The position numbers and the translations under genes were made by a program. Below are positions 1-13,299 of a stretch of DNA of 64,000 bases, piece by piece. Position 1 is the stretch's first letter. Each line of letters opens with the position of its first letter. Source of the stretch: Eledone cirrhosa (lineage: Eukaryota); assembly GCA_964016885.1 (NCBI GenBank), contig OZ024745.1, positions 65,472,001-65,536,000 of the forward strand, written 5' to 3'. The notes under the pieces were generated by a model. That model worked only from the letters and a program-made list of their open reading frames with translations, made no database searches and was not told the DNA's origin.

Positions 1-3000
1 TTTATTTGGGGGATCCATTTTTTATTTGGAGGATCCATTTTTTATTTGGGTGATCCATTTTTTATTTGGGTGATCCATTTATTATTTGGGGGATCCATTT
101 TTTATTTGGGTGATCCATTTTTTATTTGGGTGATCCATTTTTTATTGGGGGATCCATTTTTTATTTGGGGGATCCATTTTTTATTTGGGTGATCCATTTT
201 TTATTTGGGTGATCCATTTTTTAATTGGGGGATCCATTTTTTATTTGGGTGATCCATTTTTTATTTGGGTGATCCATTTTTTATTTGGGGGATCCATTTT
301 TTATTTGGGGGCAGAATTTTTATTTGGGTGATCCATTTTTTATTTGGGTGATCCATTTTTTATTTGGGGGATCCGTTTTTTATTTGGGGGATCCATTTTT
401 TATTTGGGTGATCCATTTTTTATTTGGGGGATCCATTTTTTATTTGGGTGATCCATTTTTTATTTGGGGGATCCATTTTTTATTTGGGTGATCCATTTTT
501 TATTTGGGTGATCCATTTTTTATTTGGGGGATCCATTTATTATTTGGGGGATCCATTTTTTATTTGGGTGATCCGTTCTTTATTTGGGTGATCCATTTTT
601 TAATTGGGGGATCCATTTTTTATTTGGGTGATCCATTTTTTATTTTGGTGATCCATTTTTTATTTGGGGGATCCATTTTTTATTTGGGGGATCCATTTTT
701 TATTTGGGTGATCCATTTTCTATTTGGGTGATCCATTTTTTATTTGGGGATCCATTTTTTATTTGGGGGATCCATTTTTTATTTGGGTGATCCATTTCTT
801 ATTTGGGGGATCCATTTTTTATTTGGGTGATCCATTTTTTATTTGGGTGATCCATTTTTTATTTGTGGGATCCATTTTTTATTTGGGGATCCATTTTTTA
901 TTTGAGGGATCCATTTTTTATTTGGGTGATCCATTTTTTATTTGGGTAATCCATTTTTTATTTGGGGGATCTATTTTTTATTTGGGTGATCCATTTTTTA
1001 TTTGGGTGATCCATTTTTTATTTGGGTGATCCATTTTTTAATTGGGGGATCCATTTTTTATTTGGTTGATCCATTTTTTAATTGGGTGATCCATTTTTTA
1101 TTTGGGGGATCCATTTTTTATTTGGGGGATCCATTCTTTATTTGGGGGATCCATTGTTTATTTGGGTGATCCATTTTTTATTTGGGTGATCCATTTTTTA
1201 TTTGGAGGATCCATTTTTTATTTGGGTGATCCATTTTTTATTTGGGTGATCCAGTTTTTATTTGGGTGATCCATTTTTTATTTGTGGGATCCATTTTTTA
1301 TTTGGAAGATCCATTTTTTATTTGGGTGATCCTTTTTTTATTTGGGTGATCCATTTTTTATTTGGGTGATCCATTTTTTATTTGGGGGATCCCTTTTCTA
1401 TTTGGGTGATCCATTTTTTATTTGGGTGATACATTTTTTATTTGGGGGATCCATTTTTTATTTGGGTGATCCATTTTTTATTTGGGGGATCCATTTTTTA
1501 TTTGGGGGATCCATTTTTTATTTGGGTGATCTATTTTTTATTTGGGTGATCCATTTTTTATTTGGGGGGATCCATTTTTAATTTGGGTGATCCATTTTTT
1601 ATTTGGGGGATCCATTTTTTATTTGGGTGATCCATTTTTTATTTGGGGGATCCATTTTTTATTTGGGTGATCCATTTTTTATTTGGGTGATCCATTTTTT
1701 AATTAGGTGATCCATTTTTATTTGGGTGATCCATTTTTTACTTGGGGGATCCATTTTTTATTTGGGTGATCCATTTTTTATTTTGCTGATTCATTTTTTA
1801 TTTGGGTGATCCATTTTTTATTTGGGGGATCCATTTTTTATTTGGGTGATCCATTTATTATTTGGGGGATCCATTTTTTATTTGGGTGATCCATTTTTTA
1901 TTTGGGGGATCCATTTTTTATTTGGGTGATCCATTTTTTATTTGGGGGATCCATTTTTTATTTCGGGGATCCATTTTTTATTTGGGTGATCCATTTTTTA
2001 TTTGGGGGATCCATTTTTTATTTGGGTCATCCATTTTTTTATTTGTGGGATCCATTTTTTATTTGGGGGATCCATTTTTTATTTTGGGTGATCCATTTTT
2101 TATTAGGGGGATCCATTTTTTATTTGGGTGATCCATTTTTATTTGTAGATCCATTTTTTATTTGGGTGATCCATTTTTTAATTGGATGATCCATTTTTTA
2201 TTTGGGGGATCCATTTTTTATTTGGGGGATCCATTATTTATTTGGGTGATCCATTTTTTATTTGGGTGATCCATTTGTTATTTTGGGGATCCATTTTTTA
2301 TTTTGGGTGATCCATTTTTTATTAGGGGGATCCATTTTTTATTTGGGTGATCCATTTTTTTTTGTAGATCCATTTTTTATTTGGGTGATCCATTTTTTAA
2401 TTGGATGATCCATTTTTTATTTGGGGGATCCATTTTTTATTTGGGGGATCCATTATTTATTTGGGTGATCCATTTTTTATTTGGGTGATCCATTTTTTAT
2501 TTTGGGGATCCATTTTTTATTTGGGTGATCCATTTTTTATTTGGGTGATCCATTTTTTAATTGGGTGATCCATTTTTTATTTGGGTGATCCATTTTTTAT
2601 TTGGGGGATTCTTTTTTTATTTGGGTGATCCATTTTTTATTTGGGTGATCCATTTTTTATTTGGGGGATCCATTTTTTATTTGGGTGATCCATTTTTTAT
2701 TTAGGTGACACATTTTTTATTTGGGGGATCCATTTTTTATTTGGGTGATCCATTTTTTATTTGGGTGATCCATTTTTTATTTGGGGGATCCATTTTTTAT
2801 TTGGGTGATCCATTTTTTATTTGGGTGATCCATTTTTTATTTGGGGGGATCCATTTTTAATTTGGGTGATCCATTTTTTATTTGGGGGATCCATTATTTA
2901 TTTGGGTGATCCATTTTTTATTTGGGTGATCCATTTGTTATTTTGGGGATCCATTTTTTATTTTGGGTGATCCATTTTTTATTAGGGGGATCCATTTTTT

Positions 3001-6000
3001 ATTTGGGTGATCCATTTTTTTTTGTAGATCCATTTTTTATTTGGGTGATCCATTTTTTAATTGGATGATCCATTTTTATTTGGGTGATCCATTTTTTATT
3101 TGGGGGATCCATTTTTTATTTGGGTGATCCATTTTTTATTTGGGTGATCCATTTTTTAATTAGGTGATCCATTTTTATTTGGGTGATCCATTTTTTACTT
3201 GGGGGATCCATTTTTTATTTGGGTGATCCATTTTTTATTTTGCTGATTCATTTTTTATTTGGGTGATCCATTTTTTATTTGGGGGATCCATTTTTTATTT
3301 GGGTGATCCATTTATTATTTGGGGGATCCATTTTTTATTTGGGTGATCCATTTTTTATTTGGGGGATCCATTTTTTATTTGGGTGATCCATTTCTTATTT
3401 GGGGGATCCATTTTTTATTTCGGGGATCCATTTTTTATTTGGGTGATCCATTTTTTATTTGGGGGATCCATTTTTTATTTGGGTCATCCATTTTTTTATT
3501 TGTGGGATCCATTTTTTATTTGGGGGATCCATTTTTTATTTTGGGTGATCCATTTTTTATTAGGGGGATCCATTTTTTATTTGGGTGATCCATTTTTATT
3601 TGTAGATCCATTTTTTATTTGGGGGATCCATTTTTTATTTGGGGGATCCATTATTTATTTGGGTGATCCATTTTTTATTTGGGTGATCCATTTGTTATTT
3701 TGGGGATCCATTTTTTATTTTGGGTGATCCATTTTTTATTAGGGGGATCCATTTTTTATTTGGGTGATCCATTTTTTTTTGTAGATCCATTTTTTATTTG
3801 GGTGATCCATTTTTTAATTGGATGATCCATTTTTTATTTGGGGGATCCATTTTTTATTTGGGGGATCCATTATTTATTTGGGTGACACATTTTTTATTTG
3901 GGGGATCCATTTTTTATTTGGGTGATCCATTTTTTATTTGGGGGATCCATTTTTTATTTGGGGGATCCATTTTTTATTTGGGTGATCCATTTTTTATTTG
4001 GGTGATCCATTTTTTATTTGGGGGGATCCATTTTTAATTTGGGTGATCCATTTTTTATTTGGGGGATCCATTTTTTATTTGGGTGATCCATTTTTTATTT
4101 GGGGGATCCATTTTTTATTTGTGTGATCCATTTTTTATTTGGGATATCCATTTTTTAATTGGGTGATCCATTTTTTATTTGGGGGATCCATTTTTTATTT
4201 GGGTGATCCATTTTTTAGTTGGGTGGTCCATTTTTTATTTGGGGGATCCATTTTTTATTTGGGGGATCCATTTTTTATTTGGGTGATCCATTTTTTATTT
4301 GGGGATCCATTTTTTATTTGGGTGATCCATTTTTTATTTGGGTGATCCATTTTTTATTTGGGGGATCCATTTTTTATTTGGGTGATTCATTTTTTATTTG
4401 GGGGGTCCATTTTTTATTTGGGGGATCCATTTTTATTTGGGTGATCCATTTTTTATTTGGGGGATCCATTTTTTATTTGGGTGATCCATTTTTTATTTGG
4501 GTTGATCCCTTTTTTATTTGGGGGATCCATTTTTTATTTGGGTGATCCATTTTTTATTTGGGGGATCCATTTTTTATTTGGGGGATCCATTTTTTATTTG
4601 GGTGATCCATTTTTTATTAGGGGGATCCATTTTTTATTTGGGTGATCCATTTTTATTTGGAGATCCATTTTTTATTTAGGTGATCCATTTTATAATTGGG
4701 TGATCCATTTTTTATTTGGGGGATCCATTTTTTATTTGGGGGATCCATTATTTACTTGGGTGATCCATTTTTTATTTGGGTGATCCATTTTTTATTTGGG
4801 TGATCCATTTTTTATTTGGGTGATCCATTTTTTATTTGGGTGATCCATTTTTTATTTGGGGGATCCATTTTTTATTTGGGTGATCCATTTTTTATTTGGG
4901 TGATCCATTTTTTATTTGAGGGATCCATTTTATATTTGGGTGATCCATTTTTTATTTGGGTGATCCATTTTTTATTTGGGGGATCCATTTTTTATTTGGG
5001 GGATCCATTTTTTATTTAGGGGATCCATTTTTTATTTGGGTGATCCATTTTTTATTTGGGTGATCCATTTTTTATTTGGGGGATCCATTTTTTATTTGGG
5101 TGATCCATTTTTTATTTGGGGGATCCATTTTTTATTTCGGGGATCCATTTTTTATTTGGGTGATTCATTTTTTATTTGGGGGATCCATTTTTTATTTGGG
5201 TGATCCATTTTTTTATTTGGGGGTCCATTTTTTATTTGGGTGATCCATTTTTTATTTGGGTGATCCATTTATTATTAGGGGGATCCATTTTTTATTTGGG
5301 TCATACTTTTTTTATTTGGGGGATCCATTTTTTATTTGGGGGATCCATTTTTTATTTGGGTGATCCATTTTTTATTTGTGGGATCCATTTTTTATTTGGG
5401 GGATCCATTTTTTATTTGGAGGATCCATTTTTTATTTGGGTGATCCATTTTTTATTTGGGTGATCCATTTATTATTTGGGGGATCCATTTTTTATTTGGG
5501 TGATCCATTTTTTATTTGGGTGATCCATTTTTTATTGGGGGATCCATTTTTTATTTGGGGGATCCATTTTTTATTTGGGTGATCCATTTTTTATTTGGGT
5601 GATCCATTTTTTAATTGGGGGATCCATTTTTTATTTGGGTGATCCATTTTTTATTTGGGTGATCCATTTTTTATTTGGGGGATCCATTTTTTATTTGGGG
5701 GCAGAATTTTTATTTGGGTGATCCATTTTTTATTTGGGTGATCCATTTTTTATTTGGGGGATCCGTTTTTTATTTGGGGGATCCATTTTTTATTTGGGTG
5801 ATCCATTTTTTATTTGGGGGATCCATTTTTTATTTGGGTGATCCATTTTTTATTTGGGGGATCCATTTTTTATTTGGGTGATCCATTTTTTATTTGGGTG
5901 ATCCATTTTTTATTTGGGGGATCCATTTATTATTTGGGGGATCCATTTTTTATTTGGGTGATCCGTTCTTTATTTGGGTGATCCATTTTTTAATTGGGGG

Positions 6001-9000
6001 ATCCATTTTTTATTTGGGTGATCCATTTTTTATTTTGGTGATCCATTTTTTATTTGGGGGATCCATTTTTTATTTGGGGGATCCATTTTTTATTTGGGTG
6101 ATCCATTTTCTATTTGGGTGATCCATTTTTTATTTGGGGATCCATTTTTTATTTGGGGGATCTATTTTTTATTTGGGTGATCCATTTTTTATTTGGGTGA
6201 TCCATTTTTTATTTGGGTGATCCATTTTTTAATTGGGGGATCCATTTTTTATTTGGTTGATCCATTTTTTAATTGGGTGATCCATTTTTTATTTGGGGGA
6301 TCCATTTTTTATTTGGGGGATCCATTCTTTATTTGGGGGATCCATTGTTTATTTGGGTGATCCATTTTTTATTTGGGTGATCCATTTTTTATTTGGAGGA
6401 TCCATTTTTTATTTGGGTGATCCATTTTTTATTTGGGTGATCCAGTTTTTATTTGGGTGATCCATTTTTTATTTGTGGGATCCATTTTTTATTTGGGGGA
6501 TCCATTTTTTATTTGGGTGATCCTTTTTTTATTTGGGTGATCCATTTTTTATTTGGGTGATCCATTTTTTATTTGGGGGATCCCTTTTCTATTTGGGTGA
6601 TCCATTTTTTATTTGGGTGATACATTTTTTATTTGGGGGATCCATTTTTTATTTGGGTGATCCATTTTTTATTTGGGGGATCCATTTTTTATTTGGGGGA
6701 TCCATTTTTTATTTGGGTGATCTATTTTTTATTTGGGTGATCCATTTTTTATTTGGGGGGATCCATTTTTAATTTGGGTGATCCATTTTTTATTTGGGGG
6801 ATCCATTTTTTATTTGGGTGATCCATTTTTTATTTGGGGGATCCATTTTTTATTTGGGTGATCCATTTTTTATTTGGGTGATCCATTTTTTAATTAGGTG
6901 ATCCATTTTTATTTGGGTGATCCATTTTTTACTTGGGGGATCCATTTTTTATTTGGGTGATCCATTTTTTATTTTGCTGATTCATTTTTTATTTGGGTGA
7001 TCCATTTTTTATTTGGGGGATCCATTTTTTATTTGGGTGATCCATTTATTATTTGGGGGATCCATTTTTTATTTGGGTGATCCATTTTTTATTTGGGGGA
7101 TCCATTTTTTATTTGGGTGATCCATTTTTTATTTGGGGGATCCATTTTTTATTTCGGGGATCCATTTTTTATTTGGGTGATCCATTTTTTATTTGGGGGA
7201 TCCATTTTTTATTTGGGTCATCCATTTTTTTATTTGTGGGATCCATTTTTTATTTGGGGGATCCATTTTTTATTTTGGGTGATCCATTTTTTATTATGGG
7301 GATCCATTTTTTATTTGGGTGATCCATTTTTATTTGTAGATCCATTTTTTATTTGGGTGATCCATTTTTTAATTGGATGATCCATTTTTTATTTGGGGGA
7401 TCCATTTTTTATTTGGGGGATCCATTATTTATTTGGGTGATCCATTTTTTATTTGGGTGATCCATTTGTTATTTTGGGGATCCATTTTTTATTTTGGGTG
7501 ATCCATTTTTTATTAGGGGGATCCATTTTTTATTTGGGTGATCCATTTTTTTTTGTAGATCCATTTTTTATTTGGGTGATCCATTTTTTAATTGGATGAT
7601 CCATTTTTTATTTGGGGGATCCATTTTTTATTTGGGGGATCCATTATTTATTTGGGTGATCCATTTTTTATTTGGGTGATCCATTTTTTATTTTGGGGAT
7701 CCATTTTTTATTTGGGTGATCCATTTTTTATTTGGGTGATCCATTTTTTAATTGGGTGATCCATTTTTTATTTGGGTGATCCATTTTTTATTTGGGGGAT
7801 TCTTTTTTTATTTGGGTGATCCATTTTTTATTTGGGTGATCCATTTTTTATTTGGGGGATCCATTTTTTATTTGGGTGATCCATTTTTTATTTAGGTGAC
7901 ACATTTTTTATTTGGGGGATCCATTTTTTATTTGGGTGATCCATTTTTTATTTGGGTGATCCATTTTTTATTTGGGGGATCCATTTTTTATTTGGGTGAT
8001 CCATTTTTTATTTGGGTGATCCATTTTTTATTTGGGGGGATCCATTTTTAATTTGGGTGATCCATTTTTTATTTGGGGGATCCATTATTTATTTGGGTGA
8101 TCCATTTTTTATTTGGGTGATCCATTTGTTATTTTGGGGATCCATTTTTTATTTTGGGTGATCCATTTTTAATTAGGGGGATCCATTTTTTATTTGGGTG
8201 ATCCATTTTTTTTTGTAGATCCATTTTTTATTTGGGTGATCCATTTTTTAATTGGATGATCCATTTTTATTTGGGTGATCCATTTTTTATTTGGGGGATC
8301 CATTTTTTATTTGGGTGATCCATTTTTTATTTGGGTGATCCATTTTTTAATTAGGTGATCCATTTTTATTTGGGTGATCCATTTTTTACTTGGGGGATCC
8401 ATTTTTTATTTGGGTGATCCATTTTTTATTTTGCTGATTCATTTTTTATTTGGGTGATCCATTTTTTATTTGGGGGATCCATTTTTTATTTGGGTGATCC
8501 ATTTATTATTTGGGGGATCCATTTTTTATTTGGGTGATCCATTTTTTATTTGGGGGATCCATTTTTTATTTGGGTGATCCATTTCTTATTTGGGGGATCC
8601 ATTTTTTATTTCGGGGATCCATTTTTTATTTGGGTGATCCATTTTTTATTTGGGGGATCCATTTTTTATTTGGGTCATCCATTTTTTTATTTGTGGGATC
8701 CATTTTTTATTTGGGGGATCCATTTTTTATTTTGGGTGATCCATTTTTTATTAGGGGGATCCATTTTTTATTTGGGTGATCCATTTTTATTTGTAGATCC
8801 ATTTTTTATTTGGGGGATCCATTTTTTATTTGGGGGATCCATTATTTATTTGGGTGATCCATTTTTTATTTGGGTGATCCATTTGTTATTTTGGGGATCC
8901 ATTTTTTATTTTGGGTGATCCATTTTTTATTAGGGGGATCCATTTTTTATTTGGGTGATCCATTTTTTTTTGTAGATCCATTTTTTATTTGGGTGATCCA

Positions 9001-12000
9001 TTTTTTAATTGGATGATCCATTTTTTATTTGGGGGATCCATTTTTTATTTGGGGGATCCATTATTTATTTGGGTGACACATTTTTTATTTGGGGGATCCA
9101 TTTTTTATTTGGGTGATCCATTTTTTATTTGGGGGATCCATTTTTTATTTGGGGGATCCATTTTTTATTTGGGTGATCCATTTTTTATTTGGGTGATCCA
9201 TTTTTTATTTGGGGGGATCCATTTTTAATTTGGGTGATCCATTTTTTATTTGGGGGATCCATTTTTTATTTGGGTGATCCATTTTTTATTTGGGGGATCC
9301 ATTTTTTATTTGTGTGATCCATTTTTTATTTGGGATATCCATTTTTTAATTGGGTGATCCATTTTTTATTTGGGGGATCCATTTTTTATTTGGGTGATCC
9401 ATTTTTTAGTTGGGTGGTCCATTTTTTATTTGGGGGATCCATTTTTTATTTGGGGGATCCATTTTTTATTTGGGTGATCCATTTTTTATTTGGGGATCCA
9501 TTTTTTATTTGGGTGATCCATTTTTTATTTGGGTGATCCATTTTTTATTTGGGGGATCCATTTTTTATTTGGGTGATTCATTTTTTATTTGGGGGGTCCA
9601 TTTTTTATTTGGGGGATCCATTTTTATTTGGGTGATCCATTTTTTATTTGGGGGATCCATTTTTTATTTGGGTGATCCATTTTTTATTTGGGTTGATCCC
9701 TTTTTTATTTGGGGGATCCATTTTTTATTTGGGTGATTCATTTTTTATTTGGGGGATCCATTTTTTATTTGGGGGATCCATTTTTTATTTGGGTGATCCA
9801 TTTTTTATTAGGGGGATCCATTTTTTATTTGGGTGATCCATTTTTATTTGGAGATCCATTTTTTATTTAGGTGATCCATTTTATAATTGGGTGATCCATT
9901 TTTTATTTGGGGGATCCATTTTTTATTTGGGGGATCCATTATTTACTTGGGTGATCCATTTTTTATTTGGGTGATCCATTTTTTATTTGGGTGATCCATT
10001 TTTTATTTGGGTGATCCATTTTTTATTTGGGTGATCCATTTTTTATTTGGGGGATCCATTTTTTATTTGGGTGATCCATTTTTTATTTGGGTGATCCATT
10101 TTTTATTTGAGGGATCCATTTTATATTTGGGTGATCCATTTTTTATTTGGGTGATCCATTTTTTATTTGGGGGATCCATTTTTTATTTGGGGGATCCATT
10201 TTTTATTTAGGGGATCCATTTTTTATTTGGGTGATCCATTTTTTATTTGGGTGATCCATTTTTTATTTGGGGGATCCATTTTTTATTTGGGTGATCCATT
10301 TTTTATTTGGGGGATCCATTTTTTATTTCGGGGATCCATTTTTTATTTGGGTGATTCATTTTTTATTTGGGGGATCCATTTTTTATTTGGGTGATCCATT
10401 TTTTTATTTGGGGGTCCATTTTTTATTTGGGTGATCCATTTTTTATTTGGGTGATCCATTTATTATTTGGGGGATCCATTTTTTATTTGGGTCATACTTT
10501 TTTTATTTGGGGGATCCATTTTTTATTTGGGGGATCCATTTTTTATTTGGGTGATCCATTTTTTATTTGTGGGATCCATTTTTTATTTGGGGGATCCATT
10601 TTTTATTTGGAGGATCCATTTTTTATTTGGGTGATCCATTTTTTATTTGGGTGATCCATTTATTATTTGGGGGATCCATTTTTTATTTGGGTGATCCATT
10701 TTTTATTTGGGTGATCCATTTTTTATTGGGGGATCCATTTTTTATTTGGGGGATCCATTTTTTATTTGGGTGATCCATTTTTTATTTGGGTGATCCATTT
10801 TTTAATTGGGGGATCCATTTTTTATTTGGGTGATCCATTTTTTATTTGGGTGATCCATTTTTTATTTGGGGGATCCATTTTTTATTTGGGGGCAGAATTT
10901 TTATTTGGGTGATCCATTTTTTATTTGGGTGATCCATTTTTTATTTGGGGGATCCGTTTTTTATTTGGGGGATCCATTTTTTATTTGGGTGATCCATTTT
11001 TTATTTGGGGGATCCATTTTTTATTTGGGTGATCCATTTTTTATTTGGGGGATCCATTTTTTATTTGGGTGATCCATTTTTTATTTGGGTGATCCATTTT
11101 TTATTTGGGGGATCCATTTATTATTTGGGGGATCCATTTTTTATTTGGGTGATCCGTTCTTTATTTGGGTGATCCATTTTTTAATTGGGGGATCCATTTT
11201 TTATTTGGGTGATCCATTTTTTATTTTGGTGATCCATTTTTTATTTGGGGGATCCATTTTTTATTTGGGGGATCCATTTTTTATTTGGGTGATCCATTTT
11301 CTATTTGGGTGATCCATTTTTTATTTGGGGATCCATTTTTTATTTGGGGGATCCATTTTTTATTTGGGTGATCCATTTCTTATTTGGGGGATCCATTTTT
11401 TATTTGGGTGATCCATTTTTTATTTGGGTGATCCATTTTTTATTTGTGGGATCCATTTTTTATTTGGGGATCCATTTTTTATTTGAGGGATCCATTTTTT
11501 ATATGGGTGATCCATTTTTTATTTGGGTAATCCATTTTTTATTTGGGGGATCCATTTTTTATTTGGGTGATCCATTTTTTATTTGGGTGATCCATTTTTT
11601 ATTTGGGTGATCCATTTTTTAATTGGGGGATCCATTTTTTATTTGGTTGATCCATTTTTTAATTGGGTGATCCATTTTTTATTTGGGGGATCCATTTTTT
11701 ATTTGGGGGATCCATTCTTTATTTGGGGGATCCATTGTTTATTTGGGTGATCCATTTTTTATTTGGGTGATCCATTTTTTATTTGGGGGATCCATTTTTT
11801 ATTTGGGTGATCCATTTTTTATTTGGGTGATACATTTTTTATTTGGGGGATCCATTTTTTATTTGGGTGATCCATTTTTTATTTGGGGGATCCATTTTTT
11901 ATTTGGGAGATCCATTTTTTATTTGGGTGATCTATTTTTTATTTGGGTGATCCATTTTTTATTTGGGGGGATCCATTTTTAATTTGGGTGATCCATTTTT

Positions 12001-12950
12001 TATTTGGGGGATCCATTTTTTATTTGGCTGATCCATTTTTTATTTGGGGGATCCATTTTTTATTTGGGTGATCCATTTTTTATTTGGGTGATCCATTTTT
12101 TAATTAGGTGATCCATTTTTATTTGGGTGATCCATTTTTTACTTGGGGGATCCATTTTTTATTTGGGTGATCCATTTTTTATTTTGCTGATTCATTTTTT
12201 ATTTGGGTGATCCATTTTTTATTTGGGGGATCCATTTTTTATTTGGGTGATCCATTTATTATTTGGGGGATCCATTTTTTATTTGGGTGATCCATTTTTT
12301 ATTTGGGGGATCCATTTTTTATTTGGGTGATCCATTTTTTATTTGGGGGATCCATTTTTTATTTCGGGGATCCATTTTTTATTTGGGTGATCCATTTTTT
12401 ATTTGGGGGATCCATTTTTTATTTGGGTCATCCATTTTTTTATTTGTGGGATCCATTTTTTATTTGGGGGATCCATTTTTTATTTTGGGTGATCCATTTT
12501 TTATTAGGGGGATCCATTTTTTATTTGGGTGATCCATTTTTATTTGTAGATCCATTTTTTATTTGGGTGATCCATTTTTTAATTGGATGATCCATTTTTT
12601 ATTTGGGGGATCCATTTTTTATTTGGGGGATCCATTATTTATTTGGGTGATCCATTTTTTATTTGGGTGATCCATTTGTTATTTTGGGGATCCATTTTTT
12701 ATTTTGGGTGATCCATTTTTTATTAGGGGGATCCATTTTTTATTTGGGTGATCCATTTTTTTTTGTAGATCCATTTTTTATTTGGGTGATCCATTTTTTA
12801 ATTGGATGATCCATTTTTTATTTGGGGGATCCATTTTTTATTTGGGGGATCCATTATTTATTTGGGTGATCCATTTTTTATTTGGGTGATCCATTTTTTA
12901 TTTTGGGGATCCATTTTTTATTTGGGTGATCCATTTTTTATTTGGGTGAT
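1..12950 (+). repeat. Higher-order repeat, period 5,191 bp (~260 monomers), about 2.5 copies
   Basis: Identical or near-identical ORF-track translations recur at a constant offset of 5,191 (1342/6533, 1862/7053, 3319/8510, 4139/9330, 5176/10367, 5675/10866). The GCAGAA marker sits at 311, 5701 and 10892. The first interval is 5,390 because copy 2 lacks 199 bp. Confidence 0.93.
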
Positions 12951-13299
12951 CCATTTTTTAATTGGGTGATCCATTTTTTATTTGGGGGATCCTTTTTTTA
13001 TTTGGGTGATCCATTTTTTATTTGGGTGATCCATTTTTTATTTGGGGGATCCATTTTTTATTTGGGTGATCCATTTTTTATTTAGGTGACACATTTTTTA
13101 TTTGGGGGATCCATTTTTTATTTGGGTGATCCATTTTTTATTTGGGGGATCCATTTTTTATTTGGGGGATCCATTTTTTATTTGGGTGATCCATTTTTTA
13201 TTTGGGTGATCCATTTTTTATTTGGGGGGATCCATTTTTAATTTGGGTGATCCATTTTTTATTTGGGGGATCCATTTTTTATTTGGGTGATCCATTTTT

